From Dehalococcoidia bacterium (GTDB taxonomy: Bacteria > Chloroflexota > Dehalococcoidia > SpSt-223): 64,000 bases of DNA. Positions 1-9,575 of this stretch are shown one piece after another. Numbering within the stretch: position 1 is the first letter of the stretch; every line of letters starts with the position of its first letter. The stretch is taken from the NCBI GenBank assembly GCA_025054935.1, contig JANWZD010000006.1, forward strand, positions 24,228 to 88,227. Reading direction: 5' to 3'. The notes beneath the pieces were generated by a model that was given only the letters and a program-made list of their open reading frames with translations, was not told where the DNA came from and did no database searches. A program made the position numbers and the translations under genes.

Positions 1-1029
1 ACGGACCGCTTCGTTCAACTTGCAATTGCGGCGGCGCGCCAAGCCGTCGACGATGCTGGCATCGAGGTGCGCGACCAGCCCGACATCGGCGCAATCGTCG
101 GCAGCGGCATCGGCGGAATCGCTACCCTCGCTGAGCAGATCCGCGTCCTCCACGAGCGCGGGCCAAGCCGCGTCAGTCCCTTCCTCGTACCGATGATGAT
201 CGTCGATATGGCGTCGGGGCAGGTCTCGATCCAGCTGGGATGCAAAGGCCCGAACTATGCCGTTGTTTCCGCCTGCGCAACGGGCGCGGATGCAATCGGC
301 GCCGCCTTTGAGACAATCCGGCGGGGCGATGCGCGGGCGATGATCGCCGGCGGCACCGAAGCGGCCATAACCCCTATCGGCATTGCGGGGTTCGCGGCCG
401 CCCGGGCACTGTCGACGCGCAACGACGACCCTCCCCGCGCCTCGCGCCCCTTCGACGCCGAACGTGACGGCTTCGTCATGGGAGAAGGAGCGGCCGTGCT
501 CGTCCTCGAGTCGCTCGAGTCTGCGCTGGCACGGGGGGCGAAGATCTACTGCGAACTCGCAGGCTACGCCGCAACTGCCGATGCCTACCATATCACCCAG
601 CCCTCCGAAGGAGGCGAGGGCGGCGTGCGAGCGATGCGCCAAGCTCTCCGTTCAGCTGGGCTGACCGCCGATGAGGTCGATTACATCAACGCCCACGGCA
701 CCTCCACCGAACTGAACGACAAGCTGGAGACCGTGGCGATTAAGACCGTGTTTGGGGAACGCGCCTACCAGATCCCCATCAGTTCCACGAAGTCGATGAC
801 TGGACATCTGCTGGGGGCTGCGGGGGCGTTTGAGGCCGTCGTCTGTGCCAAGACGATCGAGACCGGGTGGATCCATCCGACCATCAACCGGACAACGCCT
901 GACCCGGAGTGCGACCTCGATTATGTCGTGGAAGGAGCGCGTCAGGCGCGGGTGCGGGTGGCGCTCTCAAACTCGCTCGGTTTCGGCGGCCACAACGCAA
1001 CGCTTGTTTTCCGGGCGTTCGAGCAATAG
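1..1029 (+). CDS. fabF: beta-ketoacyl-[acyl-carrier-protein] synthase II, 5'-truncated by window edge (C-terminal ~340 aa present)
   Basis: Frame open from nt 1. Translation shows the KAS-II catalytic motifs [34 protein letters not shown] and [14 protein letters not shown]; stop at 1027-1029. Confidence 0.85.
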   Translation, partial: TDRFVQLAIAAARQAVDDAGIEVRDQPDIGAIVGSGIGGIATLAEQIRVLHERGPSRVSPFLVPMMIVDMASGQVSIQLGCKGPNYAVVSACATGADAIGAAFETIRRGDARAMIAGGTEAAITPIGIAGFAAARALSTRNDDPPRASRPFDAERDGFVMGEGAAVLVLESLESALARGAKIYCELAGYAATADAYHITQPSEGGEGGVRAMRQALRSAGLTADEVDYINAHGTSTELNDKLETVAIKTVFGERAYQIPISSTKSMTGHLLGAAGAFEAVVCAKTIETGWIHPTINRTTPDPECDLDYVVEGARQARVRVALSNSLGFGGHNATLVFRAFEQ

Positions 1030-1093
1030 CGCCGAGGGGTGGTACAATCGCCGCGCCGACCTGCAAGTAATCATCGGCGGAGGGTAGGACCGT

Positions 1094-2164
1094 ATGACGA
1101 CCGAACCAACCGTGAGCCAACCCGGACTGGTGCTCGGTCCCGGCCCTGAAGGGTGGTGGGATTCGGAGCGCGTCTCCTCCCCTCAAGTGCTGCGCGATGA
1201 CGACGGCCTCTGGAAGATGTGGTACTACGGCCGCGACCCCGCTTTTGACCGGATGATCAATCTTCCTACCGGACGATGCGGCCTTGCGGTCTCCCGTGAC
1301 GGCGTCCACTGGGAGCGGGTCAAGGGCCCCCTGACGATGGGCGCAGTCTTCGAGCCGACCTCCGACCCGAACCGGTTCGACAACGCGCATGTGGGCGTCT
1401 CCGATATCCGCCGCGAGAACGGTCTCTACTGGATGTGGTACTTCGGCGGCGACCAGAGCACGATCGAACTGAAAATGGGGGAGCAGACGATCAAGGCGAA
1501 AGGGGTGCAGATGCGTCCCGGCTGCGCGATCTCGCGCGACGGGATCCATTGGGTGCGCCTCGACGGCCCTTACCGCGGCGCCTTCCTTGAGCCGGGCGCG
1601 CCTGGTGAGTTCGACGCGATGTTCTGCGCGTGGCCGCGCGTCATTCAGGTCGAGGATGGCAGCTACCTGATGTACTACCACACTCTCGACCGCGAGAAGG
1701 GATTTGTCGTCTGCCTCGCTTCGTCGCCCGACGGCTTCCGGTGGGAGAAGCGCGGTCCTATCCTTGGTCCCGGCGCACCCGGCTCGTTCGACGAGCGCGG
1801 CATCTCTTGCCGTCACGTTATCAAGCACGACGGCCAATACCTGATGTTCTACGAAGGCACCAACAACAGCAGCTATTACTGCATCGGCCTCGCCCTTTCT
1901 GACGACGGAATTCATTGGAGAAAGGACACCGAGGGCGAGCAGCCGGGCGGACCGGTCTTCTGCCATGCGCCGAAGGGCTCAGGGCGCTGGGATGCGCGCG
2001 CCGTCGGCACGCCCTGCGTCGTGAAGATGGACGACGGCAGTTTCCGGATGTACTACATCGGCGCGAATGAAGGCGGCTACGACGAGCTGTCCACCCAGCA
2101 CCAGATCGGGCTTGCCGTGAGCGATGGGCCGAACTACCGCCGCTGGCGACGCTGGGGGGAGTAA
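1094..2164 (+). CDS. glycoside-hydrolase-like 5-bladed beta-propeller protein (GH43/GH130/DUF377-type); exact family unknown
   Basis: 356 aa ORF with repeated propeller blades (GLAVSRDGVHWERV, CAISRDGIHWVRL, LASSPDGFRWEKR, LALSDDGIHWRKD, LAVSDGPNYRRW) typical of GH32/43/130-like folds. No signal peptide. SD-like GGAGGG upstream of the ATG. Confidence 0.5.
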   Translation: MTTEPTVSQPGLVLGPGPEGWWDSERVSSPQVLRDDDGLWKMWYYGRDPAFDRMINLPTGRCGLAVSRDGVHWERVKGPLTMGAVFEPTSDPNRFDNAHVGVSDIRRENGLYWMWYFGGDQSTIELKMGEQTIKAKGVQMRPGCAISRDGIHWVRLDGPYRGAFLEPGAPGEFDAMFCAWPRVIQVEDGSYLMYYHTLDREKGFVVCLASSPDGFRWEKRGPILGPGAPGSFDERGISCRHVIKHDGQYLMFYEGTNNSSYYCIGLALSDDGIHWRKDTEGEQPGGPVFCHAPKGSGRWDARAVGTPCVVKMDDGSFRMYYIGANEGGYDELSTQHQIGLAVSDGPNYRRWRRWGE

Positions 2165-3074
2165 CCACGCTGCTGGCGATGGGCCGGCGACAGCACCGCC
2201 CACCGTGACGATCACTCACGCCGACCGGCTGCTCTGGCCAGCAGAGGCGATTACCAAGGGTGACCTCGCCGACTACTACCGCGAGGTGGCGCCGCTCCTG
2301 CTCCGCTATGCCGCCGGCCGCCCGGCAACGTTGGTCGTCTTTCCGCGCGGCCGGGACGGCCCTTCCTACTACCGACGGGATCGCCCGAGCGACGCCCCAG
2401 CGTGGATCGGCAGTGTCTCCTATTCCCGGCGCTCTGCGCCGACCTCATCCACCCTCATCCTCCTCGCGCACCCCAATGACCTCCTCTGGTTCGTCAATCG
2501 GGGCGCGATCGAGGTGCATCTTTGGATGGCGCGGCTTCCTGACCTTGAGCATCCGGATCAGCTGGTGTTCGACCTTGACCCTGGAGACGATGCGCCCTGG
2601 GAAGCCGTGCTCGAATGCGGACGGCTGCTTCACGCCCTGCTCTCAGCGGCTGGCATCGAAAGCGTCGCAAAGACCAGCGGCGGCCGCGGCCTGCACGTCT
2701 ATGTGCCGATTGCGCCGGGCCCCTCGTTCGAGGAGGTTCGCCAGTGGGCGAAGGCAGTCGCCGATCATCTCGCCGCGGCGCGGCCCGACCTTGTCTCCGT
2801 CAGCGGAGGCGCGACCCACCGCGGGCAGCGTGTCACCATCGATTATGCGCAGAACAGCATCGGCAAGAATATGGCCGCGCCCTACACCGTACGCGCTCGG
2901 CCGGGGGCGCCGGTCTCAACCCCCCTTACTTGGGAGGAGGTGCACGCCGGAGCGGTGCACCCCAGCCAATTTACCGTGCGGACGATCCGCGACCGACTTG
3001 CGCAGGTCGGCGACGTGTTCGCCGCTGCGCTCAGCGCGCACCAGCGCCTGCCGGCGCCACCGCCTCCACCGTGA
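2124..3074 (+). CDS. LigD-type primase-polymerase domain protein (NHEJ PolDom), standalone
   Basis: RGLHVYVPI and DYAQN motifs and overall similarity to the LigD polymerase domain. Start uncertain: ATG 2124 overlaps the upstream gene by 41 nt, and an in-frame GTG at 2205 is an alternative. No ligase, nuclease or Ku gene adjacent. Confidence 0.65.
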   Translation: MGRTTAAGDAGGSNHAAGDGPATAPPTVTITHADRLLWPAEAITKGDLADYYREVAPLLLRYAAGRPATLVVFPRGRDGPSYYRRDRPSDAPAWIGSVSYSRRSAPTSSTLILLAHPNDLLWFVNRGAIEVHLWMARLPDLEHPDQLVFDLDPGDDAPWEAVLECGRLLHALLSAAGIESVAKTSGGRGLHVYVPIAPGPSFEEVRQWAKAVADHLAAARPDLVSVSGGATHRGQRVTIDYAQNSIGKNMAAPYTVRARPGAPVSTPLTWEEVHAGAVHPSQFTVRTIRDRLAQVGDVFAAALSAHQRLPAPPPPP

Positions 3075-5046
3075 AGCCCGCCATATATCCCTCGTAGATT
3101 GCAAGCTGCAAGCGGCGCGGCGCCACGCAATCGCCGGCGGCGAGAACGGGCAGACCATCGGCAGCGAGGGCACGCGCGAGAGAGTCGTTCGCCCGGTAGC
3201 CCGTGTTCAGCACCACGGTATCGACACCCGTCAGCACCCTCGTGCGTTTGCCAGACACCGACTCGAGGCGGACGGTGGTGCCCTCGATCGCGGTGACGAG
3301 CGTGAGCGGCATCAGCTCGACGCCGGCCTCTTCCAAGTCGGCAATGACATAGGGAAACTCGGCGGTGAAGAGCAGGTCAGGCACGCCAATGTGAGGCGCA
3401 GAAGTGACAAGGGTCACGGCGCGATTGAGGCGGGCGAGGAAGAGCGCGATGCTTGCGCCGGGAGCATAGGCTTCTTCGTCATAGACTAGGACCCGCTGCC
3501 CGATTTGCTGGGGAAAGAGCAAGGCGTCCCAGCTTGTCAGCACGTTCGGCTGGTCGACACCCGGGATCGCGCCGCCGTGGGGACGGAGGGGACTGACACC
3601 GTTCCTGAGCGGGAACGATCCCGTTGCGACGACAATCGCATCTGCCTCGCGCAGAACCGGGTCGCGCGGCACAATCGTCCGGTTGAGCCGCACCGTGACC
3701 CCGCATTGCCGCAGCTGCCGCTCCTGCCATGCCGTGAACGCGGCGAGCCGTTCCCGATGAGGCGCGAGGGCAGCGATTGCAACTTGGCCGCCCAGCCGGT
3801 CGGTCGCTTCGTAGAGCGTCACGTCATGGCCGCGCAGCGCTGCCACGCGCGCCGCCTCCATGCCCGCAGGCCCGCCCCCGACCACAACGACGCGGCGCCG
3901 CTGGCCGTGGGGAACGAGCTGCTCGACCCCAATCGCTGCTTCGTACCCGAACGCAGGATTGACAACGCACTGCGTCTCTTTCCGCTGGTTCAGCCGCGCA
4001 ACGCAGTGATTGCAGAAGATGCATGGCCGAATGTCGTCGGCGCGGCCTTCGCGCGCTTTCCGCGTCCATTCGCCATCCGCGAGATGCTCGCGAGCAAGCG
4101 CCACGAGGTCGGCTTTTCCCTCGCGCACGATCCGCTCCGCGAGCGCGGGCGTGTCGATCTTGCCGGAGACATAGACGGGAAGGTCCACCGCCGCTTTGAT
4201 CCGCGCTGCGGCCGCAATCGCGTTGCCATCCGGAACGCGCATCCCCGGGATAACCTGCATCAAGTCGTAGTAGGAGCCGACCATCACGCCGAGATAGTCG
4301 ATGAGGCGGCTGCCGGCGACAAGCTGGCAGAACTCGACCGCTTCGTCAAGCGAGAACCCGTGCGGCATCTTGTGATCGGCGCTTGTCCGGATCCCGACCG
4401 TGAAGTCGGGGCCGACTTCGCGGCGGATCGCCGCCAAAATTTCCAAGATAATGCGGGCGCGATTCGTGAGTGGTCCGCCGTACTCATCCTCGCGGATATT
4501 GAGGGCCGGCGAGAGGAACGAGCCGAGGAGGTAGTCAACCGAGGTCTGGATGTCGACTGCGTCGAGCCCCGCCGCCTTGATATTGGCCGCCGTCCGCGCA
4601 TAGTGCTCGACAAGGTCATCGATCTGCGCTTTGGTGATCGCGATCGGCATCTCGCGATAGCTGCTCTGGATCGCCGACGGCGCCCACGACGGCTTGTAGG
4701 TCTCGGTCGACCAGGCGTTGTGGCCGATGTGGAGGATGATCGCCGAGATCACGCCGCCGTGACGGTGGACCACCTCAGCCTGCTGCGCCAGCCACTCGTT
4801 CGCCGAGCCGTCCCAGCCCCGGCGGCCGATCGGCGCGCGGGGCGAAGTGGAGGGATGGACCGGGGGAGCGTTCGTCATGATCCAGCCGACGCCCGCCCGC
4901 GCCCGCTCCGCAAGGTAGTCGAGCATCCGTTTGCCCGGCTCCTCCCAATCGACCAGCCCGACAAAGCCGTGAGGGGTCATCATAATCCGGTTAGGGACAC
5001 GCATCCGGCCCACCGTGATCGGCGTGAACAGCCGTTCGTAGAGCAT
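3031..5046 (-). CDS. NADH:flavin oxidoreductase of the 2,4-dienoyl-CoA reductase / NADH oxidase family (OYE-like TIM barrel + 4Fe-4S + FAD/NAD(P) domain)
   Basis: 671 aa. N-terminal OYE-like region, cysteine cluster (CIFCNHCV), and a C-terminal dinucleotide-binding motif VVVVGGGPAGMEAA. Its 3' end convergently overlaps the LigD-pol gene by 44 nt. Confidence 0.75.
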   Translation of the reverse strand: MLYERLFTPITVGRMRVPNRIMMTPHGFVGLVDWEEPGKRMLDYLAERARAGVGWIMTNAPPVHPSTSPRAPIGRRGWDGSANEWLAQQAEVVHRHGGVISAIILHIGHNAWSTETYKPSWAPSAIQSSYREMPIAITKAQIDDLVEHYARTAANIKAAGLDAVDIQTSVDYLLGSFLSPALNIREDEYGGPLTNRARIILEILAAIRREVGPDFTVGIRTSADHKMPHGFSLDEAVEFCQLVAGSRLIDYLGVMVGSYYDLMQVIPGMRVPDGNAIAAAARIKAAVDLPVYVSGKIDTPALAERIVREGKADLVALAREHLADGEWTRKAREGRADDIRPCIFCNHCVARLNQRKETQCVVNPAFGYEAAIGVEQLVPHGQRRRVVVVGGGPAGMEAARVAALRGHDVTLYEATDRLGGQVAIAALAPHRERLAAFTAWQERQLRQCGVTVRLNRTIVPRDPVLREADAIVVATGSFPLRNGVSPLRPHGGAIPGVDQPNVLTSWDALLFPQQIGQRVLVYDEEAYAPGASIALFLARLNRAVTLVTSAPHIGVPDLLFTAEFPYVIADLEEAGVELMPLTLVTAIEGTTVRLESVSGKRTRVLTGVDTVVLNTGYRANDSLARALAADGLPVLAAGDCVAPRRLQLAIYEGYMAGFTVEAVAPAGAGAR

Positions 5047-5120
5047 TGTTCCCTCTCCCCTCTTTGCGAACGCCAGGCTCTGCTGCGCGATCGCGTGACG
5101 CCAGTCTACACTGTCCCCTG

Positions 5121-6143
5121 ATGGAGAGCGCTCGGCTTGGTTTCATGGTGAACGGGCAGCAGCCGATGGCACTCCGGATCGCGGCGGCGCGCGATGCGGA
5201 AGCCGCAGGGTTCGGCAGCGTCTGGACCGCCGACGGCGCGGGCGACGTCCTGATCACCCTGACGGCGTTCGCGCTCGCCACCCGCCGCATTCGCCTCGGC
5301 TCGGGCGTCTTAGTCTGGAACCGGCCTCCGGTCATCACTGCAATCGCAGCGGGGCAGCTGGCAGAGCTGACGGAGGGGCGCTTCATTCTCGGCCTCGGCG
5401 CCGGGCCGCGGGAATGGAACGAACAGTGGTGGGGCATCCCCTTCGATCGGCCAATCGGGCGAATGCGCGAATACGTCGAGGTAATCCGAGGCGCGCTTGC
5501 TGCCAGCCCAAACGAGCCCTACAGCTACCACGGGCGTCATTTTCAAATCGAGGGCCTCGTTCGCGCCTTCCAGCGCACGGGGCGGAGCCTTCCGGCGGTG
5601 CCGCCGATCTGGCTGGGGACAACCGGGCCCCAGATGACGCGACTGGCCGGCCAGATCGCCGATGGCGTCCTTCTCAATCCAGCGCTCTCGGCGCGCTACC
5701 TCGCGACGGTCGCGGTGCCCGCCCTCCTCGCCGGCGCTCAGCGGGCTGGCCGCGATCGCCGCGCGCTGACCATCGGCGCTCTTGTTTCCTGCGTCGTTGA
5801 CCCTGACGAGCGGACAGCGCTGCGGCGCGTCAAGGCGACCATTCTCGCCCAGATCACACGCGACTATTTCCTGCGCGCCTGGCAAGACGACGGCTTCGGC
5901 GCTGACATTGCCCGTGCCCAAGCGAGCTGGCACCGCGGCGATATCGCCGGCGCCTTCGACGCGATCTCGGATGAGTTCGCCGCAACGGTCTGCGTCGCCG
6001 GGACAGCCGACCGCTGCCGGCAGCGCGTGGCCGCGCTGCTGGAGATTGTTGACTGGGTCGTCCTCGTCGTCCCCACATTCCTCACCGACGAAGCGACGTG
6101 GCAAGCGAACTGCCGGGCGCTCTTTGAGACGTTTGGCAGCTAA
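5121..6143 (+). CDS. LLM-class (luciferase-like) flavin/F420-dependent oxidoreductase
   Basis: Start chosen at ATG 5121 (MESARLGF); the track ORF from 5046 is an N-terminal extension. Sequence typical of luciferase-like monooxygenase / F420-dependent reductases (GFGSVWTADG, FILGLGAG). Confidence 0.7.
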   Translation: MESARLGFMVNGQQPMALRIAAARDAEAAGFGSVWTADGAGDVLITLTAFALATRRIRLGSGVLVWNRPPVITAIAAGQLAELTEGRFILGLGAGPREWNEQWWGIPFDRPIGRMREYVEVIRGALAASPNEPYSYHGRHFQIEGLVRAFQRTGRSLPAVPPIWLGTTGPQMTRLAGQIADGVLLNPALSARYLATVAVPALLAGAQRAGRDRRALTIGALVSCVVDPDERTALRRVKATILAQITRDYFLRAWQDDGFGADIARAQASWHRGDIAGAFDAISDEFAATVCVAGTADRCRQRVAALLEIVDWVVLVVPTFLTDEATWQANCRALFETFGS

Positions 6144-6200
6144 AATAGAGCTCATCGTGCGTTCGGCCTGCGATCAATCGAAACCGCCCGGGAGAGTGCA

Positions 6201-7862
6201 ATGGCAGTGCGGCGGCTAGCAGAGATCACCGATCTACCGGCAATCGAGACACGGATGTTCATTGGGCACGGACCGGCTGATTCGGCGTCGGGGCGGCGCT
6301 TCGAGACCATCTACCCGGCGACCAATGAGGTGATCGCCCGATTACCCGACGCGAGCCCCGAAGATGTCGACCGCGCGGTCACGGCGGCGCGGCAGGCCTT
6401 CGACCGCGGGCCGTGGCGCCAGATGCCCGTTGAAGCGCGGGTCGGGATCCTCAACCGGTTTGCCGGGATGCTGATGGCGGCCGCCGACGAAATCGGGCGC
6501 ATCCATTGTCTCGACACCGGCAAGACCCTGCGCGAAGCGACGAGCGAAGTGCGGGCCGCCGCTTTCCGTCTGCTCGATTTCGCCAGCCTCGCCAACATGC
6601 TTCGCGGCGAGACAATGCCTGACCACCCCGATCTCGAGCGATCGAGCCGGCGCGAGCCGATCGGCGTGGTTGCCGGTCTGCTGCCCTTCAATGTGCCGAT
6701 GATCTTTGCCGGCGGCAAGGCCGGCGCGGCGCTCGCTGCTGGCAACTGCATCATCCTCAAGCCCTCCCCCCTCGCCTCCCTCGCTGCCATCAAGTTTGTC
6801 GAGATCGGCAATCGGGCAGGGCTGCCGCCCGGCGTCCTCCAAGTGGTGACGGGAGGAAACGAGACCGCCGCCGCGCTTGCTCGCCACCCCGGCGTCGACC
6901 TGATCTCGCTCACCGGTTCCGTGGCCGCCGGGACAGCGATGATGCAGTACGCGGCGCCGACGATCAAAAAAGTGATCCTCGAACTCGGAGGAAAAGGGGC
7001 GAATATTGTCTTCGCCGACGCCGACCTCGACCTCGCTGTCCGAGGCGCCCTCGCGGCCATCTTCCCCGACGCCGGCCAGCGCTGCTTCGCCGGCTCCCGG
7101 CTGCTGATTGAGCGCTCCATCTTCGACCAGTTTCTCGAGAAGATGAGCGTGCGCGCCAAGCGGATCCGTCTCGGCGATCCTTTCGCGCCGGAAACGCAGA
7201 TGGGCCCCCTGATCACCGAGGCAGCGTTCCAGCGGGTGGCGCGGCGGGTAGAAGACGCCTGCAGCGCCGGCGGGCACGTCGTGATCGGCGGCCGCCGCCC
7301 AGCGCATCTCGAGATCGGCAACTATTACGAGCCCACCATCCTTATCAATGTCCCGACCACCCACGAGGTGATGCGCGAGGAGATCTTCGGGCCGGTCGTC
7401 TGCGCTCTTCCCTTCGACAGCGAAGAGGAAGCGATCGCCATCGCCAACGACACCCCGTACGGATTAGCGAGTGGTGTCTGGACGACGAATGTCAACCGCG
7501 CCGCGCGCGTTGTCCGCGGCCTCCGCACGGGCTGGGTGTGGGTCAATACGTGGGCAGTTCAGCAGACAGGCACACCACTTGGAGGCTGGAAGCAGAGCGG
7601 GCTGCTCCAGGAGAATGGGCTCCGGGGGCTCGAAGAGTATACCGAGGTCAAGAGCGTCATCATGGATATCACCGGCAAGACAGTGCCGTGGCCGGAGTCA
7701 GACGACGAGCCGGCCGCTCCTGCCGGCCCGCCGCCGGGGGTGATGGGGGCGGGCGGTCCGCCGCCCGGCGTGATGGGCGCGGGCGGTCCGCCGCCCGGGG
7801 TGACAGGCGCAGGCGGTCCGCCTCCGTGGGTGACGGGGGGCGGAGCGCCGCGCGGCGGCTAG
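6201..7862 (+). CDS. NAD(P)-dependent aldehyde dehydrogenase family protein with an unusual C-terminal Pro/Gly-rich repeat tail
   Basis: ALDH catalytic region: ELGGKGANIVFADADLD (Glu active-site motif) and GQRCFAGSRLLIE (catalytic Cys). The last ~45 aa are GPPPGVMGAG repeats encoded by a 30-bp tandem repeat. Confidence 0.8.
   Translation: MAVRRLAEITDLPAIETRMFIGHGPADSASGRRFETIYPATNEVIARLPDASPEDVDRAVTAARQAFDRGPWRQMPVEARVGILNRFAGMLMAAADEIGRIHCLDTGKTLREATSEVRAAAFRLLDFASLANMLRGETMPDHPDLERSSRREPIGVVAGLLPFNVPMIFAGGKAGAALAAGNCIILKPSPLASLAAIKFVEIGNRAGLPPGVLQVVTGGNETAAALARHPGVDLISLTGSVAAGTAMMQYAAPTIKKVILELGGKGANIVFADADLDLAVRGALAAIFPDAGQRCFAGSRLLIERSIFDQFLEKMSVRAKRIRLGDPFAPETQMGPLITEAAFQRVARRVEDACSAGGHVVIGGRRPAHLEIGNYYEPTILINVPTTHEVMREEIFGPVVCALPFDSEEEAIAIANDTPYGLASGVWTTNVNRAARVVRGLRTGWVWVNTWAVQQTGTPLGGWKQSGLLQENGLRGLEEYTEVKSVIMDITGKTVPWPESDDEPAAPAGPPPGVMGAGGPPPGVMGAGGPPPGVTGAGGPPPWVTGGGAPRGG
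7725..7840 (+). repeat. 30-bp in-frame tandem repeat (~3.9 units; unit ggtccgccgcccggcgtgatgggcgcgggc) encoding GGPPPGVMGA repeats at the C-terminus of the aldehyde dehydrogenase
   Basis: Directly visible as adjacent 30-nt units at 7725-7754, 7755-7784, 7785-7814 and a partial unit 7815-7840, with a few substitutions. Confidence 0.8.
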
Positions 7863-7896
7863 GCGGCCGCTCTGCTTTGCCGAGCCGTGGCTTTTC

Positions 7897-9237
7897 CTAC
7901 TGCCCGCGCTGAATGAGGGTCAGGTCAACAAGCGAGTCGACCGAGGGCAGAACATCCAGGTCGGCAACTGCCGCGATCAGCGCCTCCACGCCGTCGGGAG
8001 AGAGCGGGAGTGCCCCTTCGAGAGCGCGAAGCCGCTCTCGCTCGGTCGCGAAATCCCACTTGAACTCCTCTCCGGTCATCTCATGCGTCAACGAGCGTCC
8101 ATCGACCGTGCGAATAGTGATGCGGGGAGCATACTGGCGGCGGGCGGCAGCGATGACGCGGGTGCGCCGAGCGAGCTCGGCGACGAGCGCAGGCATATCG
8201 AGCGGAGGGTCGGCGCCGCCGTAGGAGAGCCGGCGTCCCGTGGCGGGATAGCCTTTGGCGGCTAGAGCGGCGGCAGCAAAGTAGGGCGTGCTTCCGAAAT
8301 CCGCCGCAGCCGGCGGCAGGCGCGGAAAGCGGGGGCTCGGATAGACCGTCTCCCACGGGTTCATCTCGATTTCGATCGCCTCAACACGCTCGGGGACAAG
8401 CTCGTACTGCCGAGCGAGCCGCGCGACCGCTTCGATCACCGGCTGGTTGAAGCCTGCCGCCGAATAGATCTTCATCGTGACATCGAGGATCTCCCAGCGG
8501 CGGCCGAGATCGGCCGCAACGCTTGCCGGATCCCAGCGGGTCGCGCCCTCGAAACTGCCGCTCAACTCGCCGGCGGCGCTCCCCGTAAACGCGAAGAAGA
8601 ACCCGGCCGGTCCCTCGAGGCAGGTGGGAGCGCCCGTCGCCCCCGCACGGGCGAGCCGAGCAGCAAGCAGGCCGCTCAGGCAGAAAAGCGGCTCTTGATA
8701 CGTCATCTCGCGGCTGCCAGCACGGCTCGGCTCGAGAGGACCGCCGGCGTTCGCAACCGCAAGGGCGATCGCATGGGCCATCTCCTCGGGGCCAAGCTCA
8801 AGCATTCGCCCTGCCGCAACTGCCGCGCCGACGGCGCTGAAGACGGCGCTGGCGCGAAAGCCATGGTTTTGCACCGCCGGAACGATCTCGCGCGCGAGCC
8901 GGCATTGGACCTCGTATCCGGCGATGATGGCGGCGAGCAAGGCGCTGCCATCGCGCGGGCGGCGCTGCCCCTCGGCCAGAGCAGCCGGAAGGACAGCGGC
9001 ACCCGGATGGGTCAGCATGCGATAGGAGTCATCCTGCCCGCGGGCATGAAAGAGGAGGCTGGCGTGAAAGGCTGCCATCATCCGGCTCGCCGGCCGCCCC
9101 AGCCCGAGGAGACGTGCTGGGCCACCGGTCTCCTCGTCTGCGATCACCGCCAGCGCACGGGCAACGTCGGTGTCGCGGAGGCTGGCTAAGCCGACAAAAA
9201 GGGCGTGAAGCAGGACCGCCTTAGCCTTATCGACCAC
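7897..9237 (-). CDS. MmgE/PrpD family protein (2-methylcitrate dehydratase / cis-aconitate decarboxylase superfamily)
   Basis: 446 aa from GTG 9237. PrpD-like N-terminus (VVDKAKAVLLHALFVGLAS) and overall family pattern. Family-like sequence continues in frame upstream of 9237 with no canonical start (see findings). Confidence 0.75.
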   Translation of the reverse strand: MVDKAKAVLLHALFVGLASLRDTDVARALAVIADEETGGPARLLGLGRPASRMMAAFHASLLFHARGQDDSYRMLTHPGAAVLPAALAEGQRRPRDGSALLAAIIAGYEVQCRLAREIVPAVQNHGFRASAVFSAVGAAVAAGRMLELGPEEMAHAIALAVANAGGPLEPSRAGSREMTYQEPLFCLSGLLAARLARAGATGAPTCLEGPAGFFFAFTGSAAGELSGSFEGATRWDPASVAADLGRRWEILDVTMKIYSAAGFNQPVIEAVARLARQYELVPERVEAIEIEMNPWETVYPSPRFPRLPPAAADFGSTPYFAAAALAAKGYPATGRRLSYGGADPPLDMPALVAELARRTRVIAAARRQYAPRITIRTVDGRSLTHEMTGEEFKWDFATERERLRALEGALPLSPDGVEALIAAVADLDVLPSVDSLVDLTLIQRGQ

Positions 9238-9320
9238 CGCCGGCGGGCAGTCGTCGGGGCGGAGCGTCGCAGCAAAGGCGGCCAGTTGCTGACTGAGCGA
9301 CGGGGCTGACGTAGCGACGC

Positions 9321-9575
9321 CTACTCGACAACCTGAAAGCGGACGCGATCGCTGGGTGTTCGCAAGTAGCGAATCCGCTTGTTCTCGACGCGTGCTGCGT
9401 GATTCAGCCGATTCTTGATCGTCGCCTTCTTTTCGTGAGGTTCGAGGGTGATTTCCCCTCCCTCGCCTACCTGAAGGTCAGCGAGAAAGCCGCGATACTC
9501 CTCGAGATACGAATTTCGCGGACGACCTTGGCTCTTCGTAAATGCTTCGCGAGGCAATCGCTCGAAATGGGCCAC
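9321..9575 (-). CDS. small hypothetical protein (84 aa), basic, in a low-GC islet
   Basis: ATG at 9575 preceded by a strong SD (AAGGAGGGAG, 8 nt spacing). Lies in a ~0.5 kb segment of visibly lower GC than its surroundings. No recognisable domain. Confidence 0.4.
   Translation of the reverse strand: MAHFERLPREAFTKSQGRPRNSYLEEYRGFLADLQVGEGGEITLEPHEKKATIKNRLNHAARVENKRIRYLRTPSDRVRFQVVE

Noticed and set aside
5046-5120. Upstream extension of the LLM gene from the track start 5046
   Set aside because: Homology begins at MESARLGF (ATG 5121). The extension is unlike the LLM N-termini.
3505-5121. 538 aa plus-strand ORF
   Set aside because: Antisense to the well-supported flavin oxidoreductase gene. 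Arg/Pro/Ala-rich composition typical of alternative-frame ORFs in high-GC DNA.
7725-7840. Possible CRISPR-like repeats
   Set aside because: Perfectly tandem 30-bp units without spacers, in frame inside a CDS. This is a coding tandem repeat, not a CRISPR array.
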